Origin: Callorhinchus milii
Lineage: Eukaryota
Assembly: GCF_018977255.1 (NCBI RefSeq)
Contig: NW_024704751.1
Location: 18,662,001-18,726,000, forward strand
DNA length: 64,000 bases
Reading direction: 5' to 3'
Of the stretch, positions 26,603-38,470 are shown piece after piece; within the stretch, counting starts at the first letter, position 1, and each line of letters opens with the position of its first letter. Under the pieces are notes generated by a model. The model was not told the DNA's origin and made no database searches. It saw only the letters and a list, made by a program, of their open reading frames with translations. A program made the position numbers and the translations under genes.

Positions 26603-26960
26603 GCCCATTATTGTAGCGGAGAGAATGCTTGTCTCACAAGTGAGAGGATCCGGATTCGATTCCCAGCAGGGTGAAATTTTGGGCAAGTTTCCTTCCTCCA
26701 CACCCCTCTGTTTACCCAGCAGTAAGTAGGAACCAGGTTGTTAGTTGATTAGCGGATCGCTTATCCGTGGGTAATAATTCCTTCAAAAAAAATAATAAGT
26801 TGGTCACTCAATCCAACTGTTTGTGGGACACAATTGGCTGCCGCACTTCGCCCACAAAATGTACAGCCAATTCACTTTACGGTATATTCTGTGAAGCGCT
26901 TTGAGATGTTTCGAAGACATGATAAGGTGCTATATCAAATGCAAGGATTATTATTATTAT
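26603..26960 (+). mobile_element. tRNA SINE, older long subfamily
   Basis: B box ggattcgattcc, internal cctctgtttacccagcagtaagtaggaacc, and the shared tail ...gctatatcaaatgcaagg(att)n. Confidence 0.85.
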
Positions 26961-28484
26961 CTTTATAAATTTCCTCTCCACCAATTTTGGGTACCAATGA
27001 CATTATCAGATATTCTCAGTCCCCATATAAAGTACTTCACTGACACAGAATATGATGAGCACACATTATATTTGAAAGAACACACATTGTCGTACCTAGA
27101 ATTAATAAAAAAATGGTCGGTAATTATAATAATAACTAAAAGTATTTTGCCTAAAATTATTTAAGCTATTATTTGGAAATATAAAACCTTCAGTTGTGTC
27201 AAACTATGATGAGGCTGTCCATTATTTACATATGTAGGGATGAAAGTCGGTGCTTTTAATTACCATGCTTTTGTCATTGTGTTTTCTGTGTCGCTATTTA
27301 AGACCTGGTTTAACAGTTTGTGGGTAGCAGTCGGCCTGAGGCTACTTATTAAATGCTTCATTCAGTGTGAACACTCCTTGAACCAATAAACAACTGCAGT
27401 CAGAAAAGGTTAAATGTTCAGCTGAACCCTGCTCCCAAAACACTAATATTTATTTCTACCACCGTATGATAAATGAAACTAAGCTAGAGGATAACAGCAG
27501 CTCAATGACACCACAAATTAATGTGCAGCATTAGCACAGAACTAATATGAACGTAAAGTATGCAACAAGAAAAGACCCTTCAGTCTATGAAGCGTGCTGC
27601 TGCCAGAGACTAGCCAGTATATAATGGACAATATACGCTGCCTCTACACTTCAATGCCACTGATTAAATCTACACTTCTTTTGGCTTGCCCCAAAAGGTG
27701 TTGAACCAAACACCATTGCCACCTCTCCACTTTTCATCCCTCACCAGCTCCCTCCTATTCATCACTGAGCAGTGGATCAGGAATCACCACAACATGAGGA
27801 GTGTTTGGCCATTTTATTGTGTGTTTAGGTCTATGATCCCCAATCGCTTTTATCTGATTCTTTTTTGTTATCTAATTAACAAAGCCCACCATTGTTAAAA
27901 CTCAGCTGCTTGCTTAACACAGATGGCATTTCGCTAGGCATAGCAACTTGTAAGTAAATGTGATCTAGGAAGTATTGGATTATTATTATCCTTGCATCAC
28001 AAAAATGGCTATGCCCTTCGCATGCGTAACTGAGAAACGCTTCATGTGTTGTCAAACTTCAGGAATGTTATTTTTGTGCTTATATAAACCAAGCATCAGG
28101 TTGAAACAGAGAAGGGGGTTTGTTCTGCCAACAAACTGGCTAAAATTAGTCATTCGCTCCACGTGAGACACTGCTTTGCACATTCACCTCCCAATACAGT
28201 CACTACAGTTTATAGAACTTCTGTGAAGCTCTTGGAATGTGTTGATGTTATAGGCATTGTATAAAATGTAACAATTATTATTATAACCAGCTTTGTGCTC
28301 TCAATCCAAGTAAAAAGGGCATCTACATCAAACATGCCTCTCATCATTACAATAATATATCCTGTGAATTTAGTTTGATACATCCTCTCGACATGAAAGG
28401 TGTTGTACCATATGTAGGGATTATTATTATGAACAAAATCATATAGGGTATTGAGAGGGCTTAGAGTTAAATGCAACTTTAGGA

Positions 28485-28750
28485 GCAACTACAACAACAA
28501 TGTGCATTTATATAGCACCGTTCACAAAGGACAGTGTCTCAGAGGGCTGCACATTGGCGCGATGGACACCAAGCAAGAGAGAAGGGGAAGGTGACCATAA
28601 ATGTGGTCAAAGAAGTAAGTCTTATGCTGTGATATAAAGATAGATAGAGGCGATGAGCAGGAGGGATTGAGGCAGGGAGTTCCAGAGGTTAAGGGCTTAA
28701 CGGCTGAAGGTATTGATGGTGCTGTGGAGGTAATGGGGGACGCTACGCAA
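28485..28750 (-). mobile_element. L2-type LINE 3' fragment
   Basis: caactacaacaac...catttatatagcacc...gggagttccagagg. Confidence 0.6.
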
Positions 28751-29363
28751 TCCTATGTCAAACTTCGCTAAAGTACTACCTGGGAAACATATTTAATGAA
28801 AAACATAATGCAGAGAAAAATGGTCTGAAAGTTTTTCTCCGTAGAACTGGACAAGTCTCGGACTCTTTTGCACGTTTCCTATGTTTCTCATTCTGTCTTT
28901 CTCACCTTCTGTCTTTCTCTTGTTCCCCTTTCTGTTTCACGTTTCTCCTTGAGTTACGAATGAGTTAGGAGCCCCAGGTGTGCAGGTTAAACATTGAGGA
29001 ATCTCCCACCTAAGGCCCTTCTATGTTAATCTTCTCATTGAGATTGAGGGTATGTTAGGAAAAAGGAATCACTGTGTAATCGACATGTACCTGAGAAAGT
29101 GAGAATAAAGGATGTAAAGGAGAAAGGAGATATTGAACAATGATCACTGGCTATTTTCTCCTCTTGAGGTCNAAAAAATACCAATAGTAAATATCGAGAT
29201 CTTCCATTTTATTTCATACCAGTTTATGTACAACAGACGAATTCCATTAGAATTCCTTCTCTCTGGAGGAAACTCTAATCTCGGTTTGATCAACAATAAT
29301 TTACTGGGTTAGTGGATTCAGAATCATTGCTTTATTTCCCCCCTTTGAAATTGTAATCCACAG

Positions 29364-29468
29364 AAAGTCATGCACACAAGAAAGCGTCACTCAGAACTGT
29401 ACCATGAGCTGAACCAGAAATTCCACACCTTGGAAAGATTTCGAAACCCGGAACCCTCAGGATTTAAG
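29364..29468 (+). CDS. ADGRB2: ADGRB2 coding exon with HTRKRH (ELMO-binding region of BAI receptors)
   Basis: ccacag|...|gtgaag. 105 nt encoding [35 protein letters not shown]. Confidence 0.94.
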
Positions 29469-30812
29469 GTGAAGAATAATCATTGCGTATTAAATGGAGA
29501 TTATAGTGTGCGCTCAACTGCCTGAATTTTCACCATTCAGCCTTTAAGTGGAACAACGGAATCGAATAAATATTTGATCAGGAAGAATATAACAGTATAC
29601 AATGGCTCGTGGCTTTTTACTGCCCGTAAGTGGATTAAAAGGCAGCAAAGCTAAAATTCCACTCAGACAGTCGATCAACAGATATGCAATCCAGTATGAA
29701 AGAATGATGTTGAGTGGTGGGGGGGAGGGGGGTGGGAGTGGGGTAGGGGAGTTCACCTTAATTAACAAGTCTCTTAATGTAGACCACAGATTAGAACCAA
29801 TGACTTCACATCATAAGTTGGAATGCGAATTGGAAAGTTTGTGTATTTATTACTTAGATTATCCAAGTATTTTAGTTATCCGATTTTCTTTTGGAGTGGT
29901 TGAGTGTTTCTGAGCAGTGTGATCTTTCCCAAGTGTATCCACGTCTCTCTATTTGTAACTGGTATTATTTTGTGATTGTGTTTTTGAAGGTCACAGCTTT
30001 GCCATCGCTATATTGCGGTGGTCACTTGCAGGAAGTTAAAGCACTGGTCTTCTCATAACTAAGCTGAATAGTATCTGTTCAGCAGATTACCTTGCAAAAA
30101 AAATGTTGTGCAATTCTGTATATTTTGTGGAATATTCATTGTTTGTACCCTGCTCACTTTGTCTGAAAATTCTTCTACTCCTATGAGTTTTGTGACTCAA
30201 TCCCTTCCTCCCGATGATTCATTTTGCTTTGAACGGTCCCATTGTATAACCTGCATTCCACAAATTCCTAGAATTCTGTTCGACACCTGCTAAAAATAAG
30301 CAAAATGCATACCTTATTGATGAGCACAGGAGTTGTAGAAACTGATACCTGAGTCTTCACTGTCAAACCCAGGGAGTATTTATTTAGTCCTTGCAGTATG
30401 ACTCGCATGCTCCATTGCTTAGCAACCCAGAGAGGCAAACCCCAGGCGGATGCGTGTAGCCGTGTGATTCAGAGCAGCCACCTCAGCCGGCGTGCATTGT
30501 GCAATTAGGCAAATGCAAGATTTTGTTTCAGTACAGCGCAACATGCCAGCGGATCAGTTTAAAAGCTTTAATGGAATTAAAACATTTTAAATGATGTGTT
30601 TCCGTCAATGAAGCTTTGCCCCACTTCTTTGACATGATGGGACATCCCTATTCCTTACGATTCCTGATGTTAGGTGTTTAGCTGTGTTATTTAAGGCATT
30701 GATTGCAGACTGTCAGAAAGATATGAACAACTCCCTAGTCACAGTGTGACCATTGTCATTCAGACCAATATGGCTCCTGGATGTAAAAAGTTTATTTTGT
30801 CTCTTTCTGCAG

Positions 30813-30866
30813 CGAGAGAAGAGGTGGAGCATTTCCTCAGCAGGAGCTGAAAAGAGTTCTCCAAAT
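30813..30866 (+). CDS. ADGRB2: ADGRB2 54-nt coding exon (phase 0-0)
   Basis: tttctgcag|...|gtaagt. Encodes REKRWSISSAGAEKSSPN, compared with recalled BAI2 REKRWSVSSGG. Confidence 0.92.
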
Positions 30867-31019
30867 GTAAGTGGAATTGCTACCCCATTCTGCAGTGCTA
30901 ATCAGCCCTCATTTTAAATATTGTCTTTAATTGTGGGCATAAGCAGCAGGAAGAATACATTAGCCTTGGAGACTGTCCAGCAATGATTAAACAAATTAAT
31001 ACTTGGCATTATCAACCTG

Positions 31020-31290
31020 TCCACTCCCTCCACTCAGCCTGCTCCATGTCCCCCGCCCGGCCCACCCCACCTTCAGCCTATCTTCCCCCACCTTTTCGAA
31101 CTCCATCCCACATTCCTTTCGCCTCGACCCTCCCCCTCGACCCCGCCTTCGGCCACCCTCCTACCCTCTCTGACCTCCACCCTCCCTGATCCCAACTCCA
31201 CCGCCCCCCCCCCCCCCCCCCCCCCCACACTGTCCTGTGCCTGGGGACGTCCTCCTGACATGAAAGGTGCCATACACACGTAATTTAGTA
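31020..31290 (+). mobile_element. L2-type 3' fragment containing a long poly(C) tract
   Basis: C-rich body, poly(C) at ~31204-31226, then gggacgtcctcctgacatgaaaggtgc. Confidence 0.6.
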
Positions 31291-32399
31291 TTGTGTCTAT
31301 TGTGCCTGTGACTCTTCACTACATCTCCCCAGTACATGCAAATTTCTCGGTATTCTGCCCTACATATCCCATATTGAAGCCAACATTAATGTATGTCAAC
31401 ATTGGGTTCAAAGTTACAATAATCCTAAATGCGTGGTTTCATAGCAAAGGGACGAGGTTACACACTAGCCTCGGATCCAGTCACTCAATTTTAGTCATTT
31501 CCTTATGTTCTATTCCCAGTAGAAATTCTGCCACAGTGTTTGATAGGCAGCCAATGGCTAACTCAGAAAAGAGTATCTAGATGCCATTTACCTTCCTTGG
31601 TCACTCAATACTAATCTACTATTATCCTTCAGGGCTGCATTGCTTCCTTAAATATCTATGAATATGTATTTATAAAGAGCCCTTAGTTCTGTTTTATAAT
31701 ATCTGAAATTTTCATCTTAATTTTTCATTTTGCCCCAGACCAGTTTCTTAAGCTCTCACTGCTTTTCTATTTGATTGTCTCCAATTCTAAACTCTAAAGC
31801 TTCCGATCTGAGCCACAAGCTATGCAGAGATTTTTACAAGAGCAAGAGATTTTTACACTTCGAGAGAGATGAAGGTCAGAAAACGTGAGGGACAGAAGGG
31901 TAAAATAGAGGATAAAAAAACAACAGAAGGAGAGAAAGGAAAAACCATATGTTAAAAATAAAGCAGAGGAAAGAAGAGAAATTTATTTCAAAATTAAAAG
32001 TAAATCACAAGAGGAAAGTGCCTGCGGCAAAATTGAAGGTCCATTAAACACATTTTTTGTCAAATTAATTAATAGGAAAATGATGTTGGTTTGATTGTGA
32101 AATGAATGACTTACCTTGTGAAGCATGTATATATCTGCAAAATCATCATAACACAGGACCAGATTCAAGCAGAAAATCAATGTTGCTCTATTCAAAGACC
32201 TGGCACAAACTCGATGGGCCAAATGGTCTCTTTTTGTGCTGTACGATTCTATGATTCTATGACGATAGGCTCTGGAACCTTACTCTTCCGAGCAGTTTAA
32301 TGTCAATTGTTTTAATTGTGAGGTCAAAAGCCACATTGCAGACACTAAATTATTTCAATGCATTCCTGATTCACTAAATAGCGATCCATAGCATCGTAC

Positions 32400-32740
32400 A
32401 GTTAGCTAAACTCGGGATTAGACTGTTACCCCTTGTGGCAGGACCATAATAAGAGGGCATTACTACGAACAGATTGACAAGAGAGTTTAGGAGAAACCTC
32501 TTTACACGGAGGGAGGTGAGAATTTGGAACACTGTCAGATGATGCGTGATTGAAGCAGAAAGCAGCAGGGTATTGAAGATGAAACTCGATGCATACGTGA
32601 GAGAGAAGGGAATGGAGAGAGGTATTGGATGAGGCTAGGGAAGGGGCAAGTTGGATAGGTGGAGGGTCGTGTGAAGCATAACCTAGTTGGGCCAAATTGC
32701 CAACATGAAATCGGTGCCAGTGCTGCAAATTCTATTTAAT
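32400..32740 (+). mobile_element. Degraded CR1 3' fragment
   Basis: aggagaaacctctttacacggagggaggtgagaatttggaacact...gttgggccaaattgcc. Confidence 0.65.
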
Positions 32741-32822
32741 TTGCCACCTTGTGTATGTCTGTGCATTTTAATGTATTATATGTCCTAATAAAAAGATTTA
32801 GTTGGAAATATTCTGTCAACAG

Positions 32823-32990
32823 GAACAATCTGCACCAGAAGAGCAGACTTGGGACAGTTTGAAAACTGCACCTATCAGCACGCTTAATTCAGACCCACAG
32901 GAAAATTTAGAACTGCATTCCACAAACTGGGAAAAATCTGCTACAATCCCTTTGGATACATCTGAAGGAGACTTTCAAACAGAAGTTTAA
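32823..32990 (+). CDS. ADGRB2: ADGRB2 last coding exon ending in the PDZ-binding motif QTEV-stop
   Basis: gtcaacag| then EQSAPEEQTWDSLK...LDTSEGDFQTEV TAA. Confidence 0.95.
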   Translation, partial: EQSAPEEQTWDSLKTAPISTLNSDPQENLELHSTNWEKSATIPLDTSEGDFQTEV

Positions 32991-33266
32991 ATGCAGTTTC
33001 AGAAGTTTAAAAAAAACTTGAAAAAAACCTAGGAATATATATTTTCACACTGACGCTTTGAGAATATTTTTTTGTGTTGAAGTCCTGATTATTCTTTGAA
33101 TTGCTGCGATGATCTTCTTACATCAGTCAAGCAGCGGGATTCTCCTATCCTCTTATCTTCAACCTTCTCACTCCCATTGGGAATTGAGAACACAGGGTAA
33201 CACAATCTGCAAACCACATGCCCAATCTATACTCCAGATTGTTTCTATTTTATGATTTTCTTTATG

Positions 33267-33294
33267 GTGTGTGTGTGTGTGTGTGTGTGTGTGT
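33267..33294. repeat. (GT)14 microsatellite in the 3'UTR
   Basis: Read directly from the sequence. Confidence 0.97.
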
Positions 33295-34059
33295 GGAAAT
33301 GCAACACCAAACCTGAAAGAATTAAGCCACTAATCTTCTTGTGGGCAAAAAAAAATTGTCAAGCCAAACTTCTTTCCAATCATCTATAGCAGAAAAGCCT
33401 TGTCTGCAGATATTGAAATAACTGTAAAATCTGGTGTATGTGTAACCCAGTTCCTCTCTTGCTAAAGGAGGGGGTGGTGATTTACACATGGTTGTGATTT
33501 AGAATTTGGATTTTACAACGGCTCTCTCATTGCCAGCTGTTCCTTGCTCTCTTCCTGTGCTGGTTATACCCTACAATCTGGTTGGCACCATTGAGCCAAG
33601 TGGCAGCTTTCTTGTAAATGAACGTGAATTCACACTGGAGCTCGTCCCTCGGTGGGCGAGACAGAATTAGTAACTGAGTAACGTAACAATTGAGAAGTTA
33701 GTCTTTTATGTAGAATCACTTTGTTCTTTTGTAATTCACTTCCTGGACCTGGGTGGCTCCATCCTTTTCTCTCAGCTGCCGAGCTCACTTCTTTTTAATA
33801 AATTCTGATTCCTTTTTCACACAAATTTGTGACTTTCGAAACAGTCACATTTGTCAAGTACCAATCGAGACTGACTGAACTGCATGACTCGATTTGTCCT
33901 TTCGTTATGGTTTCAAATACTTTTATTGCAGAAATAAAACACAAAACAATGTTTCTGGAGATCAGAAGAGAGTTTCCAGATGGGAATGTGAATTTTTTTA
34001 ATGCAATAAACCCAAGTTGCCCAACAACTGGAATAGTGTTCATTGCTTTTTAGAGAGGA

Positions 34060-34110
34060 AATAAAACGTTTGTTTGTGGAAACACAGTGCATGTTTGCAC
34101 ATGTGTCAGG
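34060..34110 (+). terminator. Candidate proximal poly(A) site
   Basis: AATAAA at 34060-34065, last of a cluster of four, followed by GT-rich sequence (gtttgtttgtgg...tgcatgtttg). Confidence 0.45.
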
Positions 34111-34508
34111 CTGGAGCAGTGGTAGCACTCTCGACTCTCACGTCGGGACTTGAAATCACATAGTCTAAGCTGATACTCCAATGCAGCACTGGGGGTGTGT
34201 CGCATAATCCGAGGTGCTGTCCTTCAGATGAGGCATTAAACCGAGGTCCAATCTACCTGTTCAGGTTGATGTTAAAGATCCCATGGCGCTATTCGAAAAG
34301 CGAAGAGCTTCTGGCCAACAATCCCCCAAAATAAAATTGGTCATTCATTCCATGACTGTTTGTGGGACATTGCTGTGCGCAACTGGCTGCCGTGTTTTGC
34401 TCACAACATACACAGTGTAATCCACTTTACCGTATATCTTGCGAATCACTTTGAGATCTTCTCAATGTCGTGAGAAGGCATTCTACCAAAATACAAAGAT
34501 TTTATTAC
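34105..34508 (+). mobile_element. Near full-length Deu-type (SacSINE1-like) SINE
   Basis: ggtagcactctcg head; gaggtgctgtccttcagatgaggcattaaaccgagg...aaagatcccatggcgctattcgaa; ctgtttgtgggacattgctgtgcgc; L2-type tail. Confidence 0.85.
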
Positions 34509-35742
34509 AGAGTTTGGTCCGTCTGAGTATCATTTTTATGGTTCAAAAAGAATCGGTTTCCCTTTTAATTGCCCTGATGGTGTTATCCTAAGCAAGCTGC
34601 ACACAGTTCCATCCCAGCACCATTGCAGTCAGAGACATTTGGAGTTGTGGGTGTGTAGAATCAAATGCCTATGGACGATTTATTTTGTCCTTGTTGGCTA
34701 CATAGCAGTGGCCATACATTCTCTCGAGTACTTGATAGAAGAACCTCTTTTACGGCTTAACACATGTACATTGCTCTAATTGTTTGTAAGAATTTAAGTG
34801 AGTCCCACAGCCACGCCCAGGTATTTTTATTTAGTTTGAGTTAACCGGCTTTTCATCTGGTTGAACTCGATTGTGAAATTGTATTTCCTCCCCCCCCCCG
34901 AATCACCTCCAACCAGAATCGAAGTGGCGTGTATGCACAACTACTGTCTTTGTATGACCAAATGTTTGGATTGATCTGGCTTGCTCTCTTTACCAAGTTA
35001 AGTGGACGTGAAATGCACAAGCTTTACAGGGCCTGATGTGTGTAAACTCATTGAATTCTGAGTGAGAGTTTTCAGACAAGTGAATCATCAATTCATGAAA
35101 GCAATCGTACCTGGCCCAATGAAATTGTGCCCCATTTTGAGGAGGTTATTAATTATTATTTACATGAAGCATTTTAACTCAGTGCTGTTCAGTTATTTTC
35201 TCCTCGCTCACAGAGCTAAACTTGTTGATTTTTTTTCCATTGAGGAGTTTAACATTAGCAGGGTTAACCGGTTATTTTAGCTGCTGGATTCTTGACAATC
35301 ATCGTCACATGTGGGTTAGTGGTATGAATTCACAAACTGTGCTTTGATCAGCTTTGTAGCAGACAGCACTTACAAGAAACTTTTCAATGAATGTGTCTTC
35401 AGCTCGGACCTGCAAGATGGAAGGAAATAATTTTGTGGCAACTCTGGGATCCACACCATCTTTAATTAACAATGCACATGTACAGAAGTGTACCAGAAAC
35501 AAATCAGTTTGGGCTCGGCCTGGGTATTTATACTGTATAAAAAAATGCAATGTTTATTGAATCAGTTTGCTCCGCTGTAGTTGAAAGTTCTTGATATTTT
35601 TCAGTCTCCACATTCACATGATTTGTTCACAAAAACCTCACTCCTGATAATCAGTGATTGACAATAATGTAATTTTGTAAAGCAGTTGAATCTGGATAAA
35701 CACAGAGTTAATGTTCCAGGTATTTAATGAAAACGGATTTGT

Positions 35743-35825
35743 AATAAATTCCAGGGATGGTTTTATTTAATTTAATTTGAAATCAATAAAAGATACTAAA
35801 TATTAAAAATATTTTTTATGATTCA
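35743..35825 (+). terminator. Candidate distal poly(A) site
   Basis: AATAAA at 35743 and 35785 and ATTAAA at ~35802 in very AT-rich context. Confidence 0.4.
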
Positions 35826-38084
35826 ATTCTGCAAAGGATTCAGGTAGAATCCTCTAAAGCTACTTGGGTTGCCTCGCTCCATTTGCTCCCTGGTTCCATA
35901 GTCTTCAGTCTCTTCATTTTCATGAGATAATTAAGAAACAATGATTGCCAACAATGCAGATTCAAATCTCAACTCTCAATCTTTCAGTATCCAATGCCAG
36001 GGTCTGGGAAGCAAACGCATTTTATAAACAATGATACTTCTAACAATCTTGCCGATATTGTACCATTCCTTTAATCAATCATTCACTCGATCAATCTCAA
36101 CAGAAGCGGAAACCCTCAACACAACACATTTTGTACGAAGTGTTTGGATTTCTAAAATGTGCCATTTCCTGGACTTGAAATTCAGCCATGAACTGAATAC
36201 TGTAAATCAGACAGAGCCCAATTAATGCCATTGGAAATCTGATCCATTCAGCTTCATTCGTTGGAGACCTTTATAATGGTGAACTGCAATGGGAAGGGGT
36301 TGGACCCAATGGTGCATTGGTTTTCTAGTATTAGACCTGAAGTGTTTATCTAGAATTGACTGGAGGCATAATTGATGGTTGTGATGGAACAATGGTTTAA
36401 GAAATAAGCGTATATATATATATATATTGTCACTTTCTCCTTTATAAAAAATAAAAATTTTGTATGAAATGTTACTAGTGCAGTTTTTCAAGATAGTAAT
36501 ATTGAACGTTTGGACTTTGTGAGCCCTGTTTAAGAATTCCAGCAGCATTACCCGATTATAACTAGGGTTGCTATGTTCAAATTTTATCTTTTGAGATGTT
36601 TGGCAGATAATAAGGTGGTGTATTTTTACTTTGTTTTTTGAATTGGCAACTCTTTTTGACTATAAAAATGGTTGGCCTCTGGTCATGAATTTGTATCAAT
36701 GGCAAGTCCTGGATGGAGGTAACCTTAAAGCCCAGAAGTCAGCCATTTTTCCAGTTCAAAATAATGAAAAACATAAAATTTATATATATATATATTTTAA
36801 CTAAGGTAATCGATTTTTTTCACTTTGGAGAAAATTGGAAGACCTGACCAAAACTGATTTTTGCCATTTAAAATCAGAAACCAGCTAGCCGAGATATAAT
36901 ACATTGCATCATCTCAGTTTTACTAATTTCTGAAGGTGTTGATGATTGTTAGCACTAAAACCAGCGTGGAAGCGAGCATTTTAAATCAGGGAAAGGATGA
37001 CTTAGATACTCCCACGGTTTTAACAGGAGAAAAAATTTGATGTGAGCCCCCAGGCATTACACCTACCAACAAAATGGACCTATTTATTTTCTGCATGTCA
37101 TGCATTATATTAACAGATAATTTAATGCATGGAAAAATATAATGAATAACATATATTTGGGACCTCAAAACATCCCGCAGTCACATCTCACCCTTAACTA
37201 CTATCCACTCAGTGTGAAAATACTACATTAATGCAATGCATTAAGCAAGGTTGTTGATTTCCATTGAGGAATGTGGTGTTTCATAACTGCTGTCATATTA
37301 TTCTTCCGAATTTGCGCTTCAATTATTACAATGCAGGTTAGATAGAATAAAGGGAGATTTTAATTTGAATGTAGCTCTGACTGATGGATGAAAGTCTCTT
37401 CTTGCTAGCTGCAAGGAACTTGTATAAAATTAACCTGACATATGGTGAACATGAGTTCTCAATCTCGTAACGTTGTATAATTCCCAAGTAACATTCAGAT
37501 TGAGTCCACATTGACGATATTGGAATGCGATTGGGCAACACTGAGATTAGGTTTATGACCAAAAGTGTACTGGGGGAACTTCGCCCAGATACAGACTCTG
37601 CAATGCTTGATCTAGGAGCTTTGCTTTGTATCTCACTTATGTTATCGTTGACCTGAGCTGGTGGACAGTGCAAATGAAGATTTACTCTATATCTAACCTG
37701 TGCTATATTGACCTGGGATTGCAGGATGTGACAGTTTATAGGGATCTTGAATCTAATCTGTCCTGTACCTGCCCAGGATGTGTTTTGTGCCAAGTGTAAA
37801 CGTTCCATTCCTCACCACTGGCATAACTTTCCTGAATAAGAACAAATAAGTGATATAAATGTAGCTACATTGAACTATCATTTGTGGGAATGACCTTTAT
37901 CAGCCACTCATTGTGGGTTAATAATGTGTATATAACAACAGTCTTGCTTATTTTTACACAAAATATAACAGTAATAAAATTTGCATTTGATACAATGCTA
38001 TTCAGAGCAGAACAACATTTCAAAGTGTTTCACAGGATTTACTGAATCATCCTAGTAAATCTCTGCACCCCCACTATTGCTTTG

Positions 38085-38470
38085 ACAACTTTCTTAGTGG
38101 GGTGACCCAAACTGGAGACAATAACACCTGCATCTAACTAACAATTTCTGTAAGTTTAGCATTATCTCTTTGGTTTTATATTCTATACTACTATGTATAA
38201 ACCATTTGCTTCCTTGACAGCTTTGTCCACTTGTCTTTCCACCTTTAAGGATTGGTGAGTTAACTGCTAGGTCCCTCTGCTCTTATACTCCTTTTAACAT
38301 TTTACCACCTAACATATACGTGATCTCCTTATTCTTCTTCCCAAAATGTATAACCTCACACATGTCTGCATTAAATTTCACTTCCCATTTCTCTGCCTAA
38401 TCAACTAATCTGTCCATATCTCCCTGATGCTGCTTACAATCTTCTTTGCTGTCAGCTACAGTCCCTGTTT
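38085..38470 (-). mobile_element. Degraded CR1 ORF2 fragment
   Basis: gtgacccaaactggagacaata...ccaaaatgtataacctcacac... parallels the better-preserved CR1 at 45532-46420. Confidence 0.65.

Larger units (their letters stand above)
32991..35810 (+). other. Probable ADGRB2 3'UTR (end uncertain)
   Basis: Follows the stop codon and is U-rich. AATAAA at 33797, 33933, 34005, 34060, 35743 and 35785. Confidence 0.55.

Noticed and set aside
29172-29172. Single N (another at 43279) and the long poly(C) at ~31204-31226
   Set aside because: Assembly-quality marks rather than biology. They do raise the prior that the 10045 frameshift is an error.
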